Source: Ramazzottius varieornatus
Taxonomy: Eukaryota; Animalia; Tardigrada
Assembly (NCBI GenBank): GCA_001949185.1
Contig: BDGG01000027.1
Location: 1-64,000 of the forward strand
Length of the DNA: 64,000 bases
Direction of reading: 5' to 3'
Of this stretch, positions 27,820 through 40,785 are shown in pieces (positions within the stretch are counted from its first letter, which is position 1; the number at the start of each line of letters is the position of its first letter). A model generated the notes under the pieces. It did no database searches and had not been told where the DNA came from. It saw nothing but the letters and a program-made list of their open reading frames with translations. The translations under genes were made by a program, and so were the position numbers.

Positions 27820-28703
27820 TGCTGCAGCCGGGTTAAGGAAGAATAGAGCATCGAGACAAAAGATTGCGGCTTTGGGAATTACGAAGTTCCAGTCCGCTCG
27901 AAGAGGCACAAAACCCAAGGTGCTCGACCGTGACGATAGACGATCTTCCAAACGGGCCACTACTGGAGATCTGCCAGTTCGTGTGCTTCGATTATGTGGA
28001 AAAATGCGACCGTCGTCGGTTAAGCTTTTATCAAGATTCATGGCCATCTACACATGCTCATGCGCAGGAATTTCTGATCCGTGATGTTCCAGCAAAAGTC
28101 AGAATGGTAACATTTACAAGAATTTTGTCGCAGGGTTTGCCGTCGATGGGAGACCATCGTACAGTATCTTCGCGAATCCGCACTCTTCAACCATACGTCG
28201 TCATCGAAACTCCCAGGAGCTTCGAGCGCTATACTTGTCCACGGGCACCGAAGTCAACGTTGATCGTCCATGAACGAGCAAAGACGATAGTGTTCTACGG
28301 GAAGGAAGAAAAGACCATCTTGGAAGAGCTGTCCAGTGTCAAAGAGAACAGGTTTTCGGTAGCAATGTCCTTTGTTTGCAGACGTTATACACTGCAGTTT
28401 CAGCCGGAGGTGCTCGTAAAACTCGCCCAATTGGAGGTTATCCAACTGATGTTGGGTTCAACTCCGATTTTTAATAGAAGCGACAATTCTACATCCCGTC
28501 CAAATATACATTATGAATTGTTCCCTAAAACAATACTAACGATTTTCAGGAGTGATCGTAAAGTTGAGACATACTGTACGTGTACCGGTGGGCCAATCAC
28601 CGGAGGGATTATGTGCCTCCTCATCGCATGTTGCAGAGCAAGCAGATGCCAGAACAAGCACTGGGGGAGCCACATGATGTGTTTATGCGTCGATGTGATG
28701 TGA
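27820..28703 (+). pseudogene. F-box protein gene (paralog 2), degenerate
   Basis: IDDLPNGPLLEICQF...RVCRRW spans intron 28019-28133, and KTIVFYG is present. There is a 5-nt insertion at 28162-28166 and the 5' end is eroded. Confidence 0.65.
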
Positions 28704-29320
28704 GGTCCCGGCTGCGTCGCCTGAGCTCCCCGCGCTCGAGGCCGACATTCCGCTTCAATGCATGCCTGAGAGAATGGACCTCCAATCCTGTTTGCGTTCT
28801 ACGCTGCAAACTACCCTGAGCCCGCTGAACCTTAATAACTGACCACCATCTATATTTGAGGCCGGCAAACAATCTCACGGTAACTGCACAATGTGAAGTG
28901 GCGCACGCGGCCAGCCAAACACCGAAAAAACATGCGCCACTCGACAATATCGTTTTCGTAGGTGGCGCATGTTTGCAGCCAACAACCTACGATGTAAAAA
29001 ACTGCGTGACTTGCAATAACGATCATACGAGATTGCTTACCGGCTTCCCATGTCATTTTTAGTAGGAATTACTGTAGCAAGATAACATTTTATCGCTTCT
29101 GCAACGCCCAGTGCAACTTTTTCCGAGTCCTACTGCCACTGGTAACCCGCTTCTGCTCGTTACAACGGGTTTGATTTCCTCCTGTATGCCCTCTCTGTAC
29201 AGGACTACGAACGCGGCCGCAAAATTTTTCCCGTACGACATACGAAACTTTCTAAGCAACAATAATTCAAGTCAAATGTATTTACAAAAAGAAATGCACG
29301 GTAAGAGATCTCATGCAATA

Positions 29321-31970
29321 TCAAGCCGGCGAAGGCTCCTGGGAAAGCAATTTGGCATGTTTGAGCCACTGGTGTTCCAACAATCGTTCCTCGCTATTGT
29401 ACTGCCTGTGGCAATATTTGCACACTTCCGCGTTGGCGAAAGACTCTGCCACCCTCTCCGAACGCCCTTTAAGCGTATACTGCCGATGGGGATTATGCAG
29501 TCTTTTTTGGTGGTCCATCAGTTTCACTTGTCGCTTGAACTTTCTTCCACAAATATCGCAGGGATAGTTGAAGACGTCAGAATGGACAACCGCGTGGCGT
29601 GTCAGCTGTTCCATCCGGCGAGAGGCTTTCTGGCATACACCGCACACGATGTCTTTGGGCAGGTGTTGCTCTTTCATGTGGCGGCGGAGAACCAGCCAGC
29701 TATCGTAGACTTTCTTGCAGATGCGGCAGGAGAACTTCCCATTGACTCTGTGAGTCTCGCTGTGGGCGTTCAGTGAGTGGGAGCCAGAGAATGTCTCTAG
29801 GCACACAGGGCATTCGAAACCTTTCCGCGACCCATGTTGCTGGAAGAGAGAAAAGGTTGTAATGATACTAATTGGGATATGCGGGCAAACGAATTGAACC
29901 AGATCATCTTCCAAAGTGACGCACACCATCGGTCAGAAACAATGAAAACTTGCGCTCCGTTAGGTGACTGTCTGGTTCAGTTCATTTGGCCAGGGTTTAG
30001 TTGTAACTTGCCCGAACCCCCAAAAAACTTTAAATAAAATAAAAGACGAAAGATCGACAAAAGAAATTATTCTTTGAAAAGGTTCGGGAAGCAAACTACT
30101 AAAACACGACTTACAAAGTTTTCGTGCGACTTGAGGCCAGCCAACGTCACGAACTTCCCGTCGCACTTATCACATCCAAACGGCTTGACCACTTCGCCCA
30201 TATGCAGTCTCTCATTGTGCCTGGCCAGCATCTTCTCCGAAGCCAGCACCTTCCCACAGGTTTCACATGGCATACCCCTCTTCTTGTTATAGTACCTCTG
30301 GTGTTCGGCAACGTGTTTCACCAGATGCTCGAACGACGGCATTTCCGTCTCACAGCCCGGACACTTCTTCGGTCCCGGCGTAGCCAGTTCCCTGGGAATT
30401 TCGGTTCGATGTGTGGTCTCATGGATAGCCAACAAGCCCGGAATACGAAATTCCGCTAAGCACCCTTCTGCTTTACAGGGATGCTCGTAATGACGATGCT
30501 TGGCTAGCAACGTCGACGCCGTAGTCAGTTTCTTCTCCACTAACAACCGCTCAACTTCGGTCAGAGGTTTCTCTTTGCGACCAGATCTCTTTGTGGGTTT
30601 AGTTAATTCTACTAAGGCACCACAAATTTCTATCTGTTTAAGTCTTTTCCTCTGTATTTTCTTTGGCTTCGGACTCTGACGTTGCATACGTTCTGCTTCA
30701 TAGTCTGCATCGTCTGGGTTATTTTCTTCCTCCTGGTCGTCATCCTCGGCAACGCCTTCCACCGGTTTGGACAACAGTTCCTTCGTGAGTTCAGCGTACG
30801 TCCGCCGTCCTTTGAGCACGCTTATCGCCTCTTGCCGCTTTCGTTTCTTGGGACGTGGAGGAAGACTTCCTTGATGGAACATCTCGGGAGATGGGAGACC
30901 GACGTCGTTGGCGACGAGATCGATCACCCGCAAGTCCAATCGCTCTTCGGCCGGCAGGAGAGACATGAATGAGTTCTCTTCGATCCTCAAAGGCGGCGGA
31001 AGTTGGAAGTTCTCAGGGTTCTTAGTGAGTGCTTTCTTGGTTCCGGCATCGGCTCGGACTTTCCCAATGGCCAAAGCATACTGAAACAATTAGAGATTAA
31101 ATTTTGACCTGGGCAAAGAACATTCAGAATTTTTAGAATGTCGGCAAATGACTTAGGGCATGATCGCTCTGCAAAGTGGGGGCAAACTTTCAGCAAATGA
31201 CACTAAAAAACGTGCGTCACCTGGGAAAATGGTCGTGTTCAGGGCGTTTGCCGGCGTCCCATGTTACCTGGTAAGAGTATCCGACACAGAGTTCTTCATC
31301 TTCCAGAATCGGTTTCAACGCGGTGAAGTAAACTTGTCGGCCGTGCTGGTAAGCCATCAGGTTAACCTTGTTAGGTGTGTCCGATATTCGGACGAACTTC
31401 ATCCAGTTGCTTCCGTTGTCGGACTCTAGGTTGTAGTGGAAAAGTTTGTTTTCGAGGACAAGCCCGAAATGAAATGGGCGAAGAGAGGACACCGGGTCGA
31501 CCAGCACTCCATGCAGTGGACCGAAGGCTGTACCAGCTTGGACAGATGTTCGAGCGAACACACCTTTCGGCTTCTTCGATTCTGGAAATCAAACATCCAA
31601 GTGTAACTCTTCAATAGTAAGTTCTGATAACTCGCGCATTACGTCATGGAATTGACTGTAAGTATAAGCGACACCGTGATGTCACTGCGCGACCTAAGAT
31701 GGGCAATATTATCTTACTTTGCATTCCGTCTTTCAAGTCACGGATATCCAGCTGCCATGGTAGTGTAGCGTACGCGCGTGGAAGGAGAGCTTGGTCCGCG
31801 ATGATGGTTGGACATCGGTCGATACAAGGTCCGTTTTCCCCCTTTTGGCACAGTTCACACCCTGAAAAGGAACAGATGCAAACTTAATGGTGACCACGAT
31901 AAAACAATGGCAACGTACGTGGTATAAAGGAACGGCTTATTCGCTCGGCAGCAACAAGGCTTTGTTCCAT
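29321..31970 (-). CDS. PR/SET-domain C2H2 zinc-finger protein (PRDM family); start approximate
   Basis: Zinc-knuckle-like CELC...GPC and RAYATLP precede the PR domain FGP...SNWMKFVR...NLMAYQHGRQVYF...EELCVGYS. Many C2H2 fingers follow in the 30067-31089 and 29321-29929 ORFs. Confidence 0.9.
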
Positions 31971-32393
31971 CGTACACTTCACCCAGGAGTATGCTTTGGC
32001 TTCCAGAGAATGGAATGGCTGGACTGCTGGAGACGGGAAGAAGTCACTGAGGAAAAATTAATTTGGTCCGAGGATTCTGGATAATGAGGAGAATGCGTCG
32101 CCTTCAAAACATCAGTGAATGCCGTCACCAGCCGTTTTCCTACTCGCAAACCCACCTTTGAGACTGTGAACGACGAGTCTCGGCCTCTCGGGTCGGTTAA
32201 ATCGTGACCAACGCTGGTAGGCGAACGCTTGATTGATTCTTGGGCTTGATTTGTCATGAGGACGGAATGCCATTTCAAAATTCGAATTCTCGAACTTCGA
32301 ACTGCTTCGCACATCTCCCTTCTCCAAAGCTCCTCCACTTTATTCAGAGCTCACGCGAGTTGTCACGCGTGTTCTGCTCTCTTTTTAGGAACG

Positions 32394-34518
32394 ATGGATG
32401 TTCAGCCGGCGCCTGTCGCGAAGCACGCCAATCGTACAAAGGGGAACGACATGGTAAACATCAAACTGCAGCCAAAGGATGCGTCGTCCATCGAGACCAG
32501 CAACTCGTACGAGACAGACTACTTTCACCCTGAAAATGGAACCAGCGAAAACGGCGTCAGCGTCCAGGAATATCTCGCTGTCGAGCGCGAACAACCCACA
32601 GATGGACACGTCATGCTACAGGCAGCTAATGGGCAAGAACAAGCTCCGCCACAGCAAAAGCCACCTCAACCGGAAGTGCAACAAACTCAGTATTCGCAAG
32701 CTACACTCGTCCTGTATCCAGGTCCAAACCCCATTGGAGCTCTGTACGAGTTCGCTCAGAAATGCAAATGGGAACGACCAGTGTATGATGAAGTGGAAAC
32801 ACCGGGCTATGATCCGAAATACCACAAGCAAGGCGCTTGGGGACGATTCCACGCTACCCTCACCGTTCCTGGCCAGAACTTGAAAGCCTACGCTTATGGT
32901 AATAAGAAAGCAACGGCCAAGAAACAAGCGGCGGAGAACCTCATCGCCAAGATTAATGGGTACACGGTGAACGAGAGTAACGGCATCAACGCGCCGTTGT
33001 ACACTTCGGCAGAATACGTTCGGCCTGGAATAGATAAAGTCGACGCCGGAAATGGTGCAGATGGCGAAGAACAAGCTCCGATTCCCACAGGGTAAATTCG
33101 AGCTGTTCTTTCAGTCGTTTCGGAATCCTTTGACATTATCCAGTTTTAGGAAGCGACAACTGGATGCATCGATAGACAGCTCCGGTCCCGAAGAGAAGTT
33201 GCCGTTGAAGGATCCTCTGAATCCATTTCCTAGGTAGCTATTCGAGCTCGGCATACAACTTCGATAATTGTGATCGTTTCCCAAGTTTCAGCGTCATTGG
33301 CTGATAGCGTGCGCTACTCGTAACCTGCAAACAATTTTTCTGGGTGGCGCAGTGTTTTCAGTATTATTGGCTGTAGGGGTGCGCCACTGGGGAAAGCGAT
33401 CTTGCCGGGCGAAATCTCCCACTAATTCTTTGATGAATTATCTCTTCGAACCTATCTCTCTAATGATTTTCGATTGCAGTTTGCAGCATATCTTGAAGAA
33501 ATGTAAATGGCCACAAGCCACCATTGTCGATGACGAGGACAAGTCTTTTCACAAGTTCACCACCACCGTCTGCGTGGGTCCCGCGGACGACCCCGAGAGG
33601 TTCCGGACGTCCGCCGCCGCCACCAAGATGAGAGAGGCCAAACAGAGCGCGCTCATGGCTATGTTTAAGGAGCTCGAAAGCTCGCGGTATTTCATGGGCT
33701 TGTGGAGAATCGTCTCCGAACTTCGAACCAACGGAAACACTCCAGCGAAGGTAATATCTTAGTCATTTGATTCTTGATTGGTGCGCCACTTCAGTTGAAA
33801 TACTGTGGATTGAGAAGGCAGATGAAATGTACCACTCAAGATTTCGACCTTATACGTTTCCTTTGCCGTCTGCCGATTATTAATTTTCTGTCCGCGTTTT
33901 TTTGTCTTTGATCACTTTCTTACATTTTAGAGAGCCAAAGTCCACAAGGCCATCGTGGAGTACGGTCTAAACAACACAGCCTTTCTCACCACACTCCAGC
34001 CTTCCGACATGGGAGACGACTCCGAGATGCTCGTCGATTCCGCCTTGCAGAAACAAGGGCGGAATCCAGCCAGCACGCCCTACCAGTCCATGGGAACGCG
34101 TCTTGGCCTCGTCCTGAAGCATATGAAAGATTTCGCCAAGACCGCAGCCTCGTTCCTGGGTAGTCCTTCCGTGGAAGAAGCTAACGGCTGGGGTGACGGT
34201 GAAGAGAAGCGTCGGTATGTTCCTTGCTCGGCGTTACTCGAAACGGTCGCGAGAAAAATGCCGGCTGCGCTGTCCATGACTGTACACTTTGACAAGGAGA
34301 CGAACGTGGAAGCAAGTGAAGAGGATTTGGGTGAGCCGAAAAAACAGGAAGTTGGGTTGGAAGTGCGGTGGTGCGATGAAAATACGGCCTTCCCGAGGTC
34401 GCAGAGTCTCAGAGGCACTGGACCATCCTACATGGCAGCCAAAGATAACGCAGCTTCGAAGTTCTTTTTACATTATGGGCTACGCGATGATGAATTTGAG
34501 ATTCTTCGGGTCGGTTGA
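32394..34518 (+). CDS. Protein with three dsRNA-binding domains (Loquacious/TRBP/R2D2/RDE-4-like architecture)
   Basis: NPIGALYEFAQK...GNKKATAKKQAAENL; LQHILKK...TKMREAKQSAL; PCSALLE...GTGPSYMAAKDNAA. No catalytic domain is seen. Confidence 0.8.
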
Positions 34519-34999
34519 AACTTTGTTCTTAACTTTCTCGCGGGGGCTTTTTTTACGGTTTGCGGCCTGAGGTTTTGTTACTCGACGTTCAAGATATTGA
34601 TTTTTGTTGCTCATCACCTACCGTGTTCGCTTCTTTCGTTTTTCTAGTGTTCGAATTTTGAATAACTTTCTTCCTGGTTGCACATTAGCTTCGTAAAGAG
34701 AGTTAAGAGACTCTGGTGTCGAACTTGTGCTTGGATGACGTCGAGCAGTGACGTCATGCTCCATGCGAGGCGGGCAATGATCCTTTTTCGTCCCATGTTC
34801 CTTTTTTTTCATGATCTTCAGTCAAGTTTGTCCTACTGAGTATTTGCACGATGCGCAGAAATGTTCTTTCCTTCCGTTTGGCCCGTAACGATTTATTTTC
34901 CCTCCGTAAAGTTTACCCGTGCTATACCTCGAAAAATATCATCCTTTCCCATTGCTCGGAGAGTAGTGCGGCCGAACGCTCAATCACAGGAAAATTAAA

Positions 35000-37900
35000 T
35001 CACTTCTTTCCGAAAGTCGAATTCTTGATCCATTTTTCGAACGTTGCCGGGGGCTTCTTCATGCTCGTCTGTGTAGCGGAGGTCAAGGATACCGTGGATA
35101 GTCTTCTTTCTCTTTCGTTCCCCGCATCACGAACCGCGAGGGTGCTAACCACCATGCCCAGTGGCTCGTCGTTCTCGTCCATGACAGTGAGAACAGGCTG
35201 CGACAGGAACTGAGGTTCGACTCTCCCCTTAAACTCGGAGGCATCTTCCACCACGATTGGAAGATGTCTCGGGTCCGCCTGTAATTGAAAGAAAGTCATC
35301 GAACACATTCTCAGTCATCGACATTCTCAGTTTTCAAGTCAACAAGTCGACCTCATCCCGAATGCTGATCACTGCCTCTTCAAGTTCACTATTACCAATA
35401 AGCGGGAGCTCGGCAAACCACCTGAACCAGATTGTGTCAAGTGGTGCACGTTCCAGCCCTATATCACTGAGAACGTGCGTCACGTGGGAAAACGATCTGG
35501 TCCAGTCTGTTTGTCGAGCTCCTGCATACGGTCGGTAAATCTTTACCTCCTGCATTTCGTTCATGGCCTGTCGGACAGCATCATGCACCGTCACGAATAG
35601 GTTACTTCCGTTGAGGTCCTCCGTGAGCCCACACAAGGATAAGAATTCCCTCATATTAGCTTTACATGCAGCCAGGAACAGCTTCATTCCTAGTTCGTGA
35701 CACTCCGCCGCAAACTCTTTGACGACCTTGATCCCGTTGATGTCCACGAAGCAGATGCTGGAGCAGTCAATGATGACATACTTGACGGGTTGTTCGAAGT
35801 AGTCCGCGGTCCAGGTCGCCACGTCCACCATGCTAGGCTTATTGTCTTTTTCCGGATAATACACCAGCTCAGCTGACAGGATACGCCTGTGGGAGTCATC
35901 GTGGAACTCTGAGTTATGATGATGCCGACTTCTGTGGTGTGCCGAATCGCTCTTGAGGTGCAATTTAGCTAGCGAGCGGACGCGGTTGGCGAAGTAGTCG
36001 GCGTTGGCGAAGTACAGGGGAGCATCGAAACGAATGACTTTACACCCATCGACTTCCGCTGCCTGTGGGGAACCAAATCTTGTTTACGGAAAACCATCAC
36101 GAAGAGATCGTGAAGACTTACCGATTTGTAGACGTCAGCTCGCTTATAGATGTCGGTACCCAATGCTCTTCCCAGAACGGGGACATCGGGTACTTGGGTC
36201 CTGAACACTACGGTCAGTAGGCTCCATCCTACTGCCGCGGCCAGGCCAATGTCGACGTCAAGTAAAATTACTGCCAGCAAGGACACCACGAAGACCGACT
36301 ACAAGAAAAATTGCTGATGTAGGCCTGATTGTGAGGTACTACTCCGAAAAAGTGTGTCACCCAATGTTTCTCTTACCGTATCAGCTGCAGAAATCTTCCA
36401 CAGGTTCGGGATTTCCGTCACTTGTTTCATCAGACCGATCAAGGCGACCATGACGATGCAGCCCAAACAAGCGTTCGGCAAAGGCTCCTACAAGAATATT
36501 TTTTTGTCATCAGGAAGAGTATTCCCTACGTTGCGAAACTGTGGATTAACGCACCAGAAGTTCGCCAAGAGCTAACAGGACGACCAGGACCAAGCACGCC
36601 GCTATGATGCTGACCAGCTGTGTCTGGCCACCAACCGAAGTTTGTACTGCAGTTCGACCCAGGGATCCCGTGGACGGAATGCACTGGAAGAACCCCGCGA
36701 AGATATTAGTACAGCCCATAGCACGGAGTTCCTGGTTTGAATCCACCGTGTACTTGTACTTAGACGCGAACAACTTCGCAAGCGAGAAGGTTATGGCGAA
36801 GGAGACTATCGCAATTGCGAAACTGTCGATCGCAAAGGAGGACACCAGCGAGAGATCAGGGACACGGGGTTCCGGCATGCCCAGTGGGATATTCCCGATC
36901 ACGGAGACGTTGTAGTTGGGTTTCAAGCCCATACAGTACGAAGCCAGAGCGCCGCCTATAACCTTTGGAAAGTTGCAAAATAATGGACCCTAGGCAAACG
37001 AATCCAACGAGATTCTTTTCCCAAGTGGCGCATGCTCTCGGTCAGTGACAATCAAAACGTGCGCCACTTGGGAACTAGAAAACATCGTTTTTGCACTTAG
37101 AGCACACTTCCAGCCGATTAAACTGAAGATGTGCGCCACGTAGGAAAACAATCTTGTAGTTTCTTTGTCGAGCCTCTAAATAACTTCAAATGAATTGGCT
37201 CAGCTCACGAAAGACAGTTCACCTACAATCAAGAGCTCGCTGGGAACTGGAAATCGTACAGGAAGCCTCTTTTGAATCCAGTTATTTTCGTTGAATGAAA
37301 ATTTCACAGTGATGAGGAAGATGAGGCAAACAGCAGACAGTATCAGAGTAGGCTGGTTCGCTGTGCCTAGGTTCCGGAAGATATCCGTGTAGGTCTGGAC
37401 AGAAGTCAAATTAAAAAACCATCGCGTTCCTGAGAACGTGTTTATTGTTTTGTCCTTACGTAGAATAAATTCAGCGGACCATTGTACGTCCCAATTCCGC
37501 GCAGACCAAGAACAGGCCTACCGGTCGAGGAACATGGTCAATGTCTCCATGTTCACTGCAACGCGTCTGGATTCGAGACCTCGTCATTTTGTAGCTTACT
37601 TTACTTGGCTTGTGAAGACATGGAATGCAGCTCCGGTTGTGAACCCTTTGACCAGCTGGTCCGACAGGTATACGGAAAGGTAACCCAGGCCGAGAAGCCC
37701 CATCAAGGCCTGAAAAACAAACCGCGATATTCCAAGACAAAGAAGGAGGACGCACAAACGCCGGTACATACCTGCCACAATCCCACCATGGTCGTAAGTG
37801 CAATGGCGGCCGCAATTTTCGCTTCGAGGTTTCCATCGTCTCCATCAATGTCCACGACTTCACCCATAGAATCGTTCCCCGTTAAATTGCCGATCTCGGT

Positions 37901-39123
37901 GGAACTGCCAGCGGTTCCTCCATATTTTGTGATGACTTTGCCGGCCATGATACTGACCACAGCAAATGTCCCTGCAGAACAGAGTGACAAAACTTATTTG
38001 AACTCTCGGACGGTAGCTTCGGTTGCTTTCCACAACCAAATTTACCAAATGAAACATGCCTCGAGGTGGCCATGAGGGTGTAGATGAGCAGCGGGAAGAA
38101 GCTCGTGTAAAGGCCGAAGACTGCCGGCATGGAAGCCAGCAACGCATACGCCATGCCTGTGAATACGAGGTAAACGACATAATTCGGGCATAGTGGTTTT
38201 TCACTCGTAATTCGGGCATATCTTTTTCAGCTCCTGCTGCGCGTAATGAACCGCTTCTTGTTTCTGAGGTAGACTGATCCCTCTCCTCGAGGTTTCAATA
38301 GGTTTGAGAACGGGAAAGCGTTGTAGATCACGGGAATCTGGCCTGGGGTAGAGATGGGTTCTGTCCAATGTTAAAAAGCCTAATGTTGTATCAACACACG
38401 TACGATAAGGGATGAATCAAGCGTTGGAGGTAATGTTTCAAACCTTTCGCGTTGCCCGAATTATGGTGCGAAAATCGATATGCCCGAATTATGTCGTTTA
38501 CCTCGTACTGGTAATTGTTGGAAATGGAAACAACGTGTGGAAAAGTGCATTACTGCTAGTTCTTCTAGATCTATCAATACCTTGTGGGATATTCATGATA
38601 CCAACTGTGAAACCTGCAGAGAAATTCCATAGTCAGAAGACGGAGAAGTGAAGATTTTCATCGACAAATTTTTTTACCAGCGATGACATCTTTAAGAAGG
38701 TTTTGTTTCACGTCGTAGTGTCTCAACCAGCCAAGTATGGGAAACGTTGACAGGAAGAATCCCAATGTAAGGCGTTTCCACTCCGGGTGCCATTCTTTTA
38801 TCACTTCGATTTGGCGACGGGTGGACCGCTTCACTTTCTCCCACGGAGTGGCTGGCAGTCCATGCTCACCAAACTCTTGAGCGCTGTCGAACCTACAAAC
38901 AGTCACTCCCGGTAAAAGTTAAAGCGGACGATTAAAACGAAAATTCCCGGTTGACAACCAACAAGTTAACGTTCTCTGGATACGCTGCACTCGCAACGTA
39001 CTTTGCCTGACTGAAGATTGGACGGCTGACGGAGATATTTCGTCCGAAGCGGAGGCTGGACCGCTGGATGGGACGAGATTCCCCAGAATCGCTGTCCTTT
39101 TGAGCTCTAGAAACATGCAACAT
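35000..39123 (-). CDS. SLC26 anion transporter (prestin-like) with STAS domain, multi-exon
   Basis: [85 protein letters not shown] and FVTVHDAV. Confidence 0.95.
38166..38505. mobile_element. Mariner-type MITE in an SLC26 intron
   Basis: TA|CGAGGTAAACGACATAATTCGGGCATA...TATGCCCGAATTATGTCGTTTACCTCG|TA, with the taattcgggca unit duplicated in each arm. Confidence 0.88.
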
Positions 39124-40785
39124 GGTTACTGTAGGCTCGTACTCAATACTCGCAACTCTTTTTCGCGAACAGCTGGGTTAACTAAATTCAAAATAAGTTC
39201 GAAGTTTGGCCTAGAGCTATTTCAAGAATCATCACAACACAACAGCGATACAGAAACGGAAAAGGTGCTGGCTCTGAACGATAATGCGGCAATAAAAGAT
39301 CTAAAGACCGGAAGAAGCGCCAACGGAACGTTGATTAGAAAGCCCACTCTCCGAATCTAAACTGTACCTAGGTCGTGGCAGAAGTGAAGCGTCATCTGTG
39401 TCCTTCTTTCACATGACGCTCCATAAAACGTAAACTAATAACATCTTAAAGAAGCCGAGGGAAGATAAGCGAACGTGAGGATGCATGCACGCACTGCAGT
39501 GTTCATTTTGAGTTGATGTTTCCTTCTATCAGCATGGAGAAACTTTCAGATCGGTGGGAAGACCCGACGAACCGCGGAAGCGACCTCTCTGGTTGAACCG
39601 GTTCAGAGTCCGCACAGATCATGAAAAGACGACCGCAGAAATTGTGGTAGTTTGGCTAATCTGTGTCATGGCATGTGTCAGGTCCACTTTTGTGTAAACA
39701 GGACCATGACGTCGATCTGACTGACTCAAGGCAAGAGAAGCACTAGGCGATGGGAGGGAGAGTGGCTTAAGCTGCTACCTTTGAGTCCCGAGAACAATCC
39801 GGAAGAGCGTATCGAGGTTGCTTCGAGAGGAAACGAACCAACAGCGAAGGCCTTCGGCGAACTCCTTCAACTCCATAACAAAAGGAAGCGTGTCTATGTT
39901 GCAACAGACTTGTGGCAACCGGAAGTTCAATCAATTTGACGTGATTGACCTAGTCAAGTGATTGAAGTCAATCAAGTTCGAGGAAAGCCTTGCTTGCGTT
40001 TTTCAGGTTTTTTGCATCTTCTGCCTTCCCCGAAGTTCCACAACTTCCACTCTCGTGTGCTACTTTGCTTTGCAGGTGATAACTTCCTGTAATTTTAGTG
40101 TAACCTTGGTAGCTTGGACGCCCAGCCCGGGATCTTCCGGATCGTCTCTACAGCCCTTTTTAGACCAGCGATGTTTCATCGCCCACGGCGTTTGTCTATC
40201 CGAAGTGCACCGCAAAAAACCAACATACTCCGCCATACGGTCGACTGGAACGGCTGTCACTTACGCTTTTACTGAGGGGAATCTTCTGCAAAGCTTACAC
40301 AAATATTCGATTCGCGAAAGATCCGTTCTCACATCGGGATATCCGCAGCAAAGGCGTTCTGACTTCCGACGAATAAGTGGACGAATCCTGTTCTTCCTGC
40401 CGTTTCCGTTGGACTGGGTCGATGGTTTTCTCGTTCTTCGCTTCCGGAATCCTCCGTAGAACGTCGTAAGAACTAAAGCAGTATTTGATGGATCGGGAGA
40501 TTTTGGCGTGAATTACAGGTATTTTTTAATCGACTGGGCTGTCTTGTGGTTGCAGATGTTTGATCAAGCAACTTGTTGTGCTTGATGTGCACTGCGCGTT
40601 GCGCACCGTACTAAAGTGGTCCGTGCAACAGTGCGCACCAACTTGCGCATCCGCCTGACCAGTGCACCATCCACCTGCACTGGCTTTCGGGTCCACTAAA
40701 GACCTGCTTCTCCTCCTGTCTTGCTCTGGAGAGTAAAAGCGTAGCTTCCGGCCCTTGCTGCACGCCGAAGATCGATCGTGAGACC

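Noticed and set aside
29111-29776. 221-aa plus-strand ORF
   Set aside because: It is antisense to the zinc-finger exon of the PRDM gene.
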